Below, piece after piece: positions 1 to 12,719 of a DNA stretch of 64,000 nucleotides. Made by a program: the position numbers and the translations under genes. How positions within the stretch are numbered: the first letter of the stretch is position 1; each line of letters opens with the position of its first letter. The stretch is from positions 88,846,001-88,910,000 of the forward strand of contig OZ024746.1 of assembly GCA_964016885.1 (NCBI GenBank), written 5' to 3'. The stretch comes from Eledone cirrhosa. Its lineage: Eukaryota. The notes below the pieces were generated by a model. The model saw only the letters and a list, made by a program, of their open reading frames with translations, made no database searches and was not told the DNA's origin.

Positions 1-433
1 CGTCAGAAGCACTGGGATTGTTGCAGCAAGTGTATGGAGATGAGACGATGTCACGTTCATGTGTTTTTGAGTGGTGCAAGAGCTTTAAAGAAGGAGGCGA
101 GGACGTGGAAGTTGACCCCAGGAGCGGAAGGCCCTCGACCACCAGGACTGAGGTCAACGTTGAGCGCGTCAGACAGATGGTGCGTATCGAGCGTCCGGTG
201 ACTGTTCGACTGATGGCAAATGAGCTGGGCATGAATAGGGACAGTCTGGAAGATTCTCACTGAAGATTTAGACATGCAGAAAGTCTGCCTGAAAATGGTG
301 CCAAAACTGCTGAGCGATGACCAGAAGAGTCGACGCATGCAAGTGTGCCAGGACATCCTCGAACAATACTTGCTAGGGACACTCATCACCGGTGATGAGT
401 CATGGATCTTCGAGTACGACCCGGAGGCGACCC
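1..433 (+). mobile_element. Tc1/mariner transposase fragment (HTH region to first catalytic Asp), disrupted, truncated at a (TA)n run
   Basis: Translates as VYGDETMSRSCVFEWCKSFKEG.EDVEVDPRSGRPST, then after a disruption KVCLKMVPKLLSDDQK...ITGDESWIFEYDPE. These are mariner hallmarks (WVPxxL-like and ITGDEtW motifs). Confidence 0.92.
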
Positions 434-495
434 GTTTATATATATATATATATATATATAATATATGTAATCTGAGTTTTTCGAATATTAAAAAT

Positions 496-665
496 TGTTT
501 CTACTTTTGGCACAAGGCCAGAAATTACCTAGTACATTACTGGTACTTTATTTTATTGACCCCCGTAAGGATGAAAGGCAAAGTTAACCTTGGCGGGATT
601 TGAACTCAGACTATAAAAGACGTAACTCTTTGTTGCAAAGCATGGCGTTCGACCCTCTACCGAAT
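496..665 (-). mobile_element. tRNA-derived SINE copy (octopus-type; core resembles MetaSINE domain)
   Basis: Reverse complement has B box GAGTTCAAATCC and core GCCTTTCATCCTTACGGGGTCAATAAAATAAAGTACCAG, shared with the other copies in the window. Confidence 0.8.
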
Positions 666-776
666 TTAATAATAACATTCGCTTCGTTTGCAATTATGCA
701 AACAAGCCTCAATTTTATTACCATGGCAATAGAATGAACCCTTCATTTTTGCTCTTATGTTGGCATGTGAACAAAA

Positions 777-820
777 CTGCAGACACTAATGTTTCTGGGT
801 ATCATCCTTCATCAGTACAG
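777..820 (-). ncRNA. Type I hammerhead ribozyme motif (weak stem II)
   Basis: Minus strand: cugua CUGAUGA aggaugauaccca GAAA cauuagug UC ugcag. Stem I and stem III pair, GUC cleavage triplet, stem II decayed. Confidence 0.6.
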
Positions 821-845
821 ATCACTGTTCACCTGCCACACTGCC

Positions 846-1000
846 ATTATTCGCATATAATTGTCGGGATTTTAGCGATATCTCTAAAGACACACTTCCA
901 AAAGAAAATAAGTCTATTAACTATTTGTTCATATATATCCTCTTTGTCTCTATTTCTCTTTTCTCTGTTTCTCTATGCATATATATTAATAGACACACAT

Positions 1001-1060
<60 letters not shown>

Positions 1061-1366
1061 AGTAAGTATGTTTTGAAACAGTGAGCGAGTTTGAAATTAG
1101 GAAATATATAGCTTTCACCGTATTTTTAACTAAAGGAATTTTAGCTTGATAACGGGGTTTAGAACCCTCAGATAAATGGAAAAAGATGAGTATATACGGT
1201 GAAAGCTATATATATATATATATGTGTATGTATATATATTCTGAGATAAACAGAAACAGAGACGAAGAACATACATATGAAGATCAAATAGTTAATAGAC
1301 TTATTTTCTGTTGGAAGTGTGTCTTTAGAGACATCCCTAAAACCACGACAATTATATGCGAATAAT
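846..1366. repeat. Diverged inverted repeat (fold-back) adjoining the HHR
   Basis: 846-960 is an imperfect reverse complement of 1244-1366. An inner pair ATATATAGCTTTCACCGTAT / ATACGGTGAAAGCTATATAT lies at ~1105 and ~1194. Confidence 0.8.
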
Positions 1367-2271
1367 TTAGCCCTTTTGTTCGAAGTTATATCCTCGCATA
1401 ATTATTTCTATACATCGCTGAATATGTGCAAAACATAGAAACAATATTTGCTCACGTAAATAATATTTCAATTAGTTCTTGTAAAAAAAATATTTCCATA
1501 GTTTCTTTTGTATTCATGTATTTTGAAATCCTGAGTGAACATTCCTTCTTTAAAAAAATTGTATATTTCCTAAAATTTCCATTAATTATAGAGTCCTACG
1601 CAGAATGTAATTTCCTGTCGTATATGAAATGTCAAATGTTATGTAGGAAACATATTTGCTGTGTTAACGTTTTCATATACTACTTGTATTGATTCATTTG
1701 TATCATTATTCATATTATTTCGTCTTTATAGGCGTATTTACTATTTACATTGACTAAGTGTTTCGTATGATAAGTACGTGCCTATAAATATTTAGTGGTC
1801 TCATTTTAATAGCAAAATACCTGGTTTGCTTTTATTTCTGCGCTATTCCACGTCATCTATCTACTCGGCGTTGTCTACCTCCTGCAACACCTCCTGCCCC
1901 CTCCCCCGACCTCATCATACTCATCACCATCATCATCGTCGTCGTCATCTTTGTCATCGCCAACATCATCATGATGGCGAGTATGGGACCCCGTTTCAGC
2001 TTCTGTTTCCCCTGATCTCTCTATACGCATACCCACGTATATGTTTTGGGATGAATGGAGCTAAATCGAAACCATTCCATGTCGGAGATTGAACAGGATT
2101 GACAAGCGCAGCCGACAAGGACGTGTGTCTCTACTGCCAGGTGTGAACAATCTATCTCAAGCTGTCAATTGTCATCTGTTCATAAAAACAAATTTTAATC
2201 ATCCATGAATATAATAGATTGTTAATATGAATAATATCGAACATTTTCACTCCTCTAAGGATTGTGGTCAT

Positions 2272-2830
2272 TTGGACACATAAGAGCGCTGATAGTGTCC
2301 CTGAAATATACTCTTGCCTACGTTAACAGAGTCCAACATTTCCCCCACAAAATTAACTCTGTTTTCCACTAAGACATTGACATTTCTGTAAACATAATAT
2401 CATTTTCTGGCACTTGACTAAATTCCATAATCGCAATTCTCCAGCTATGTGGGATTTTTAGTAGGCTTTGCTATGGACCATCCCAGCCATGAATACGTTC
2501 TTCTGCCGTATTTTACAATCTGCTAATACTAACTTCTTAATTAGCACTTGATCGTTTGTACCCCCAACTGTTCATTTTTCTTCCCTTCTGCTTTTCCAGT
2601 AGAATTTCGGTCTCGACATGGAAATTATACACTCGCTCGGATATCAACCCAAATGGAAGGAACTATATACTGTATCGCCGATGTTATCCTATCAATAGAA
2701 CTATCTGCTGGTTAAATCAAGGTAGATGATCATTGCATAGAAACGCCTACGTTTAGCTTAAATTCTGAGAGCAATACAACCTGCCTCACTATGCAACATG
2801 GCTGAACATTAAAATGTCAGACACTGCCAG
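2272..2830 (-). mobile_element. Degraded R4/Dong-like non-LTR retrotransposon RT fragment
   Basis: Minus-strand pieces EKQKG..GTNDQVLIKKLVLADCKIRQKNVFMA..SKAY and VNVGKSIFQG.LS, with stops and frameshifts. Same family as 24697-26460. Confidence 0.7.
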
Positions 2831-3364
2831 TGCTTGACTCGACAGCGAATGTGATAAATGATTATTATCCAACATATGGCTTTTACATGGCTTTTATGTG
2901 GGATTATATAATATTAAAATCAACTCACTCAACGCTGTCTCCACAATATTTAAGTGCATACCGAAATATACAGGTTCCATGTGTTTGGATGTTTATATTC
3001 GTACCCTTACCAATCGTAACCTTGTAAGAAGTCGGAATTATCCTTAATGATAGAATTCTAATAGGGTATGATATGTCCTAGTATTGTGTGCAGTATACAG
3101 CATGTACACACGTTGGCATATATAGACAACCTGGAAACACAAGACAGCGTTGGATTTTTTTCCGCCATATTGACAAATAATTCTACGCCTGATTAAATAA
3201 TTCAAATGATTGCCCGTGAATTAAAGAACTCTTGATTTATTTGATCTCAAAGAGTTTTAACTGAGAAAAATGTTTTCTTTTAACCCATGTGAATATCTAT
3301 GGATTAAACGTAAACATACTCCAAGTGCTTTTAGGACAACAATTCAAAGATGAAACACATTCTA

Positions 3365-3550
3365 TATTACGTCAATTATGATAGTGAAGATGCTGCTAGT
3401 CCTGCTGTTGATTACAATAATGTTAATGATGTTGGTTGTTATAATAATGAGGGGCCTTAGAAGAGGTGTGTTGGTGGAGATGAAGAGGATGATATTTGGA
3501 GAAGGTGTAATGTATTTGATGATGACAATGATGATGTTAATGATGTTCAC
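3365..3550. repeat. Degenerate (GAT)n low-complexity tract
   Basis: GAT/GAG/GTT triplet periodicity. Confidence 0.7.
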
Positions 3551-4024
3551 GATACAAACATTACAGAAATTGTTACTGCAACAGCCGGAATGTTTCAGTT
3601 AATGCAGGATTAAAAACATAGGGCAATGTGCTAGCGATATGTACTTGAGAAATGGCGAAAAATACATGATACCCTATAGTAGTTTCCCTTCTGTTTGATA
3701 CCCTTGGATGGAGTAATACGGCTCTGATATACCCGGATCAGTTTCATCAATAGTAAATATACAACGAAATAAATAATCTGCCGTACAATTGTGCGTATAA
3801 TTATATTAAATTTAATATCAAACAGTAATCTCATTCATATTACATGAGGCTTTGCATAACTCAATATTGATTACATGCGGTGTTTTTTATTTTTTTTAAT
3901 TGTGAGTTGTCTTATAGGACCCACACAAATAATCACAGCTATTCAAAGTTACCTTATTAACACTGCAATGGTCAGCGGCTATAATGGTTGTGACCTGAGG
4001 CGAATTTAAAAGTATAAAAATAAT

Positions 4025-4240
4025 GATTTCTACTATAGACACAAGGCCAGCAATTTATAGGATGTGGGAAGTCGATTAAATCGACCCCACTACATTACTG
4101 TCTCTTTATTTTATCGACCCTGTAAGGATGAAAGGCAAAGCTAACCTCGGCGGACTTTGAACTCAGATAATAAAGGGCCGTAACTCTATGCTACAGAGCA
4201 TGGTGTCCGATGCTCTAACGATAGTGCCAATCCACAGCCC
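4025..4240 (-). mobile_element. tRNA-derived SINE, near full length
   Basis: A-box-like TGGCACTATCGTTAGAGC, B box GAGTTCAAAGTCC, core and GCTGGCCTTGTGTCTA tail on the minus strand. Confidence 0.85.
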
Positions 4241-4329
4241 ATAAACATATAAAAATAAAACGAACTAGAATTAGCAGTTTACGTTTCAATCATATCAAAT
4301 ATAGCGAGATGAATGAAGCTTCAATTTAA

Positions 4330-4580
4330 TGAATGCGGAATGTATTATGATAACCGTGACGATGACGAGGAGGATAATCCGGACGATGGCAATGATGGTG
4401 AATATGATGACAACGTCGTCGTGGATGTTATTAATTCTGATCATGATAACGAAGATGACAATGAGGATGAGGGTGATGTTGTTCATAACTATGATTATCA
4501 TGATAATGCCTATCATAAAAAAGATCTGATAACAATGATGATGATGATGGTGATGATGATGATGATGATGATGACAATGC
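4330..4580. repeat. Degenerate (GAT)n microsatellite
   Basis: GAT/GAC repeats ending in pure (GAT)n. Source of the Asp/Met-rich ORF artefacts. Confidence 0.85.
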
Positions 4581-6089
4581 TTATATGGGTAAAGCTGGCA
4601 TCTAGTTTAATATCAACGTTGGAAGCGCTACTATTAATGAGATGCGCCATTTAATGTTCACATAATAGCACCATTTCTGTGAGCTGGACACATTCGAGGA
4701 GTTAATTCTGTCGCAAATATTTTATGACTTTGCGTTGATGTCGATTGAAATAAGACAGGAAATATTACAAGGAATATATTGAATTTATAGCAGTGATTTA
4801 TTGTAATGATCTGGAGCCCATTCTGCCCGGGTGTTTTAATGACAATTAAGAGGAAGTGTAAAACATAATCAATATCTGCCCTTTTATATATAAGTATATA
4901 TATATATATATATATAAATTAATAAAAACAAAGAAACAGTTCCTTATATTAAAAAATGCATCATTTTACGATCGATATATATATATATATATATCGATAT
5001 ATATATAATGGAAGCAATTTTAAAAAAATTCACTGTTCCTTAGCAATCATTTCTTTACACTATACTATTCTGGCAAAGAGTACAGTAGTGGTATGAGTGT
5101 TTTAGTCTATAGGGTGTGACTTCAGCGACATTTGCATTATACTTGGCTGTCTAGCTACCACGTTTGGTTAGAAAAATGTCCTATACTAGATTCATGTTGA
5201 TTCCAATATTGAACTAGCATTAATATGTTTTTGACCTTAATATGTTTCAAAACCACGTTTCAAAATCATCTTACATTTCCCAAAGTTTTCCTTCTGTTGA
5301 GCTCAGTGCACAATATTGGTCTTTCTGTTTTAAATCACACTGCATCCATAATGTATTTCCGTCATATTAAATTTCCTGTCGTAAAGGACGATGTCATGTC
5401 ACATAAAAACAATTCCAGCTTTACGGATTTATTTGATCAACAAACAAAGCATTTTACGGGATATGTACTATTGTTATTTATCGACTGGTTGTACAATAAA
5501 TTAGGTAGAAGTGTTGAATTAATTTTTAAAAATAATAATTTGTTTATGTTGGAAGGGGCGGAAAATACATTTCTTTATTGTTATATGACATATATTTTGT
5601 GACTAATGAAGTTAAACGAAACGTGTGATTATGCAGCACATAACTGACATTGGTATGCAAATATCAGCCTTTGGAGCTGAACAATAGTGGGCAACATTTA
5701 TCGAACAGCCATTGTGGTGGGGTCCAAGATATGCTAAGTATATGTGCTCTACAAGTCGTAAAATACTGTTCCTAAAGAATTCCTAATGCCATTGAACCAA
5801 AGTTTGCAATGGCATTACATTTTAAAGCAAACTCATAATCGTAAAAAAACGAGGGGAATATTTAAGTCGATATTTAAAATGATGTTGGAACATCTTCTGT
5901 GGGTATTTATAGCCAGTAATATTTATCTAATTGGATAATTTTCCAGTTTCAACAATTGTAATAATTTTTAATATTCTGAGTTTCTAATTGCAAACTATTT
6001 CTAAATGATGAGTATATATATATATACCCATCTTCTGTTAAAATATAGTCCAACAATTACACTTCTCCCACGGTCATTATTTTTGCGAG

Positions 6090-6250
6090 TTAAGCTAGAT
6101 GATTACTTAATTGCATTTTTATCTTATCGATTTTGAAAGGGTAAAATTCAATTTCGATTTCGGCGAAATTAGTTCACAAAACATAAAGGGTGATCATTAA
6201 ATATCAAAATATATATTGTCTGATGCTATAAAAATTCTGTCAATCTTCCG
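6090..6250 (-). mobile_element. Highly decayed SINE copy
   Basis: TTATCGATTTTGAAAGGGTAAAA..TTTCGGCGAAATTAGTTCACAAAACATAAAGGG aligns loosely to the SINE core and head. Confidence 0.45.
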
Positions 6251-6694
6251 GAAATTTAAGATATCATATCGACACAAGGACAGGAAGTTTGGTAGAAATG
6301 ATAATCTATTAAATAAATGAAGCACTTCGTACAAATGTAGTTTATGAGCTCTGGGTAAAAGGAAAACATGATCTCATCTGGATTGGAATTAAAAAGAAAA
6401 TGAGCAACATCGTATTATAAAAGAGCATATTGTAAGGCGCATCAATGACTTAGTCAAACCATCGCCATTTATCATATATGAATATTATAATAATTCTCAT
6501 GTTTGTTATAATAACCAACAGAGGGTGTGTTGTAGGTGAACTGTGTTTATCCTAAATTCTGGAATACACCTCAATAATCAGACACGCAGCGATAATGTTT
6601 GTCTATTACCTCCTTGAAATTATTGTACATGACAAGACACTTCAATTATTTTCGAAACACATAGTATTATTTGTATACACGTATCATTTGTATA

Positions 6695-6886
6695 GGACGG
6701 TGAATTGGCAGTATCGGTAGAGGGTCGGACACCATGCTTTCCAGTATAGATACGTCCCTTTACGGCCTGAGTTCAAATCCCGTCGTGGTTAACTTCGCTT
6801 TTCATCCTTACGGGCTCGATAAAATAAAGTACCAGTAATGTACTGGAATAATTGCTGGCCTTGTGCCTGAAGTAGAAATAATTGTT
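6695..6886 (+). mobile_element. tRNA-derived SINE copy
   Basis: GGTGAATTGGCAGTATCGGTAGAG (A box), GAGTTCAAATCC (B box), core TTTTCATCCTTACGGGCTCGATAAAATAAAGTACCAG. Confidence 0.85.
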
Positions 6887-7041
6887 TGTATACGCGTAAG
6901 GTATACTCAGCTGTAGAAATGACGTGATAGGACTGGGTTCCCTTTCATTAAATAACCCACAACTCCTCCAACGAGATATGACTTGGAGCTACACCTGCAT
7001 AGCTGTGAGCTGTCATACACACACACACATACGCGTAAATA

Positions 7042-7257
7042 TGGTGAATTATCAATGTCGTTAGAGCGTCGGACAACATATTTTATGGCATAGGGTTACG
7101 CCTCTTTAATACCTGAGTTCAAATCCTTCCGAAGTTACCTTTGCCTTTCATCCTTACAGGGTCGATAATAAAGTGCCAGTAAGCACTGGGGTCGATTTAA
7201 TCGACTCCCCACCCCCTTCAAATTGCTGGCTTTGTGCCTAAATGAGAAACCATTACT
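7042..7257 (+). mobile_element. tRNA-derived SINE copy, full length
   Basis: Same head, B box and core, plus GGGGTCGATTTAATCGACTCCC hairpin and AATTGCTGGC tail. Confidence 0.85.
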
Positions 7258-7329
7258 TGTATACGCGTAACATAACATTTTGGGACTGCATATACTTATA
7301 ATGAAGAATAGGAAGATCTCTCCCCAAAA

Positions 7330-7432
7330 AAGGCCTGATTTCAGATACCGATGAGGTTAAATTTACCTTCTATCCTACGGGGTCGATAAAATAAAGTACC
7401 CGTATTACACTGAGATAAATTAGAAACAATCA
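7330..7432 (+). mobile_element. SINE fragment
   Basis: Core CCTTCTATCCTACGGGGTCGATAAAATAAAGTACC. Confidence 0.7.
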
Positions 7433-7471
7433 TATATACACACAAATACACTCACGCATGTGTGTGTGTGT

Positions 7472-7504
<33 letters not shown>

Positions 7505-7505
7505 G

Positions 7506-7543
<38 letters not shown>

Positions 7544-7728
7544 TGTATATGAGAGAGAGAGAGAGGGTTTATATATATATATATGATCTGGTTAAGCTTA
7601 CATCGTATTTAAAATTGAGGGGCACAGCTTCAAATGTTCAGCAATTTTTAGAAAATGTAATCAGTGAAACAATTGTTAATACTGTAAATAAAATCCTTTG
7701 TTGTACTGTTGACCATGTTATTCTTCAA

Positions 7729-8227
7729 TCTTTCACTATATATATATATATATATATATATAAAGTTATATTTCAGTCTGTTTGTTTGTTTCTTTGTTCA
7801 AGAAACTACTCCTATGGTTTGGGACATAGACCACCATAACCATATATATTCTGAAACTACATTGCGCAGGATACTTGGATAAGTATATTTCATTTTAATC
7901 AAAGTGTTCTCCGAGGGCACAACATCCCCGCTGAAAACCCACGCTGTAAATCTTTCTACTTCGATTTATATGAAATTTAAATGAGAAGATATGATGCCTA
8001 TTCCCAAAAGTTTTGAATTCATATTTTGAAAATATTATTTACAAATAACAAAATAAGAATAATATTTAATAATGTAATTTTGATTTAATATGTTACAAAA
8101 CATAATGTTTTACAACTTTTCCTGCATTACATTTTACGTTGAGTAATATTGAAATACAGAGTTTCTCTCCATAAATGATATCACTGTTATAAAATCAATC
8201 AACATTTTCTTACGGATAATTCGGCTA

Positions 8228-8228
<1 letters not shown>
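7729..8228 (+). mobile_element. Probable non-autonomous Helitron
   Basis: Begins A|TC..CTATATATA..AAAG followed by GTTT repeats and ends CTAG|T. The subterminal hairpin is decayed. Confidence 0.5.
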
Positions 8229-8295
<67 letters not shown>

Positions 8296-8629
8296 GTATG
8301 AACCGAGCAAAATTGCAATCATGAATCTTACTGTTCATGAATTCTAAATAGGTTAATGCTTCAAGTTTTTTTTCGAATACAAACCATACATTTAATGAGG
8401 AAATATAGACATTTTCGTTTAGTACACCTTTGATATTATTCATGATTTCATGAAAAGACTTAATAAATTATACATAAACATTGTGTTGAGTGTGGAACCA
8501 TATTTTTATTAATCCAATTTTAAGATATGGCTATACATACCTGAGTGGAAATCTACACACATTTGATGTATATAGAATATTTCTATGCAAACATTATTTC
8601 AAATATTTCAAACGTAACATACGTGTTAA

Positions 8630-8666
<37 letters not shown>

Positions 8667-8668
8667 TG

Positions 8669-8723
<55 letters not shown>

Positions 8724-8984
8724 ATAATAATAAATTTGAAGACTGTTAAAATTATTTGTTGTTAAATATTTCTTGTTGTGTAAGGGATATAAACCCTTAG
8801 ACTGTGCCTTGTGAAGGGGAAAGTAAATTATTGGGCCTTTTGGCACAAATACGTGAACATTTTACTTTAAAAAAAAGATTGTTTTAAAAAAGCAAACATG
8901 GCTGAGCCACGCCCCCTCAATATGTTTGCTGTCGTCTGACAACGGCGAAAAAGTTGAGAGGAGGTTTACAAAAATTGGTACAAC

Positions 8985-9325
8985 TGACACAACCACAAAC
9001 AACGTGAAAAAAGACAACACTGAGAACACTCATTTTTAAAATATTACCACAACAACTACAACAATAACACCGTCAACCAAAATACAGACAGCAGAAAAAA
9101 ATTACAACAAGTGCAACAACTATATTAACACCACTAACAAACAAATAAACAACGACAACACTAACAGCAACAATACAAATTGCACCGAAAACAACAACAA
9201 CGGTGGCAGCAAAAACACCACCAACTACAACAGTGATAACATAATCAACACCAACAACACCGTTTGTAGTAGTAGCAACAGCACCAACAACAAGACCAGT
9301 AGCAGCAGTAGCGGCAGCAATAATG
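8985..9325. repeat. Degenerate (AAC)n/(AGC)n tract
   Basis: Triplet periodicity AAC, CAC, AGC. Confidence 0.75.
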
Positions 9326-9446
9326 GTGCCGCTGAAAAAGGGGCCACTTCCATTACTGTTGGAAGCTATCCGGGAGCTTCCAACAGTAATGGTTGCATTA
9401 TTTAAGGGTATGTCAATATTTATTTATAAAACTGCTCTATATTATA

Positions 9447-9507
9447 TTTTATCTGATGAAAGCACACCATAATTTAACTTGGTGTCCTTGAAATATGTAT
9501 AATGAAA
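9447..9507 (+). ncRNA. Type I hammerhead ribozyme, minimal palindromic stem III (PLE type)
   Basis: uuuuau CUGAUGA aagcacacc..ggugUccuu GAAA uaugua UA augaaa. Homologous to 41547-41608. Confidence 0.8.
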
Positions 9508-10192
9508 TAAATATGGTTTTATAAATATAGTTTCCACTTGTTAATATCGTATATATATATACAGTATTGTTTCTTATTATATATACTTTTTCCCACTCCG
9601 GTGCTTAATAAGGAAGATATGTTGTATTTTGCCGCACTCTATTAATATATTGAATTAGAAAAAAAAGTGTTTTTATTAACTTATGTGGATACAATTTTTT
9701 TTAGTACACCAGAGGAAATATAAAAACCTTCCTATCACCCTCCTGAATTATGCAAGATTACTTTAATATATTCCTCGGTAAAACAAAGTTAGGTCTGGAA
9801 GGATGTAGTATAAAAATGTATTTACATTATCATTTAATATATATGTTCAGCTCCAGTAATATTTTGTCTTTTCAATATATAAGATAGCGATTGAATATTA
9901 TAAATAATTCTTATCATGAAATATTTAAGTTCTGTCTAGTAATATTTAAGTATATCTTTGCATATGTCAAGAAATGGTGACAGACAAATCTCGATAACCA
10001 AATATGAAAGACGACAAAGTGCAAGAAACCATGTATGTAATGTATATATGCATATTATCGGGTATGTGTGCGTGTAAGTGTGTGTGCGTATGTATATATG
10101 CATATCTATGTTTCTATCTATCTCTCTCTCTATATATATACACACATAAACACATACATATATATATATATATATGTGTATATTTATACATA

Positions 10193-10245
<53 letters not shown>

Positions 10246-10247
<2 letters not shown>

Positions 10248-10360
10248 CGAGGGAAAGGTGGTAAGGAACCAGGAGGAACATAACGCAACAAAGTACTCAG
10301 TACTTAGGGTAGTAGAAACGTCGAAACGGCTTGAGCTCAGCCGTCGGCGTCCTACTCGTT

Positions 10361-10362
<2 letters not shown>
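10246..10362 (+). repeat. (TA)n-embedded palindrome-family repeat (left arm mostly deleted)
   Basis: Aligns to 34371-34560 (AACGAGGGAAAGGTGGTAAGGAACCAGG...GTCGAAACGGCTTGAGCTCAG..TTCC). Confidence 0.85.
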
Positions 10363-10423
<61 letters not shown>

Positions 10424-10751
10424 TTCTATATATACATATACATATATATATATATATATATGTGTGTGTTTGTGTGTGCCTGTGTGTTGCGGGAATTTTT
10501 GCTGCGTGTGTTTGATGAGGACTTGCATTTGCTTTACGGTGTTATATCAAATTTAATTTTTCAACATATGAATATCATTCTTACTTGATTTCCCATAGGT
10601 AAGATAGCTATAATCATAAACTCTTTGAGTAATTTAATTTCTGCACACACCAACCCACTAAAACTTTCTGTCTACGTCTGCCTCTATCTCTCTCTCATTC
10701 CCTGTCCTTCTATGAATACGAAAAGCAAACACACAAACACACATAGATATA

Positions 10752-11535
<784 letters not shown>

Positions 11536-12549
11536 TAGAACATTTACACACTGATTCATCTGATAGCGCTTGGAAAACGAATAGATGGTCTCTGACGAGT
11601 GTATATTAAACAATCAAGCTTATAAATAAAATAATTGAGATCACATGGTGTCAGACGCTCAGTCCCAACAAAATCCAGCTGTAATGATTTGGTGGCAGTC
11701 CTATTCGTTTTGAATATAAGTGTCTGAATGGCAAAACAATTGCATGATGGTGGGCCTGCTTTTTAACAGATGTTTTACCACCCTACAGCCTTTAGTAAAT
11801 ATGTTAATGTGTTTCTATTTGACTATGTAACAGTATAGATATATAGATTGATACACATGCAGTGTCTCCCAGTTGATGAATGCTAATTATAACTTCATTT
11901 CTAACGAAAGAACTTATTACATTTGAAGAGAGAATGTAAAATAAATAAAAATAAAAATAAAAATTAGGAATATACATTCAACCGGAAATTTGTTTTCCAT
12001 TTCAAGAGCTAAATTTTAATTATATATTTGGTACATATTAATATTTTAATGAAATGGAGTCACTCTACATTGCAACAGAGTTGGGAAATAGAAGAGTTAG
12101 ACACCAGCTCCCTTTCGGATGTGAATGTATCGTCTACGACTGATGGAAATGTTAATATATGTGTGAAGATAATATAAATCTTCCAGATTTCTTGTAAAGA
12201 AACAATACTTAGTAATCATTATCATACGTGCACTCTATCTAACACCAGATTTCCATAAAAGCATTGAAAGACACTGTTTTGTTCTACGAAACAACAAAGC
12301 AACTAAAAGGTTATCGTCTAAATATATATGATTTATTGATATAATCGGGTTTATAACAAAGATTATCTGACACAATTATATCACGCAAAAGCCATACATA
12401 TAAACCCTGAACTAGTAATTGCACATATGTTGTGTAATAGAGTGAGATACGTACTGATAATATGAATGTATATTCATATGCAATGACGTTGACTGGAACA
12501 CGTAATCGAGTAATACTACCTCACGCACACGCTCACACACATATGAGTT

Positions 12550-12675
<126 letters not shown>

Positions 12676-12719
12676 AAGAAATGCATATTATTTTATCTGC
12701 ACGAAAAACCTTAATTAAA

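Noticed and set aside
4313-4654. Asp/Met-rich ORF, superficially reflectin-like or acidic shell-protein-like
   Set aside because: It is a degenerate (GAT)n microsatellite with no reflectin repeat motif or splice context.
6695-6790. tRNA gene suggested by A and B boxes
   Set aside because: No cloverleaf, and it is followed by the SINE core in every copy.
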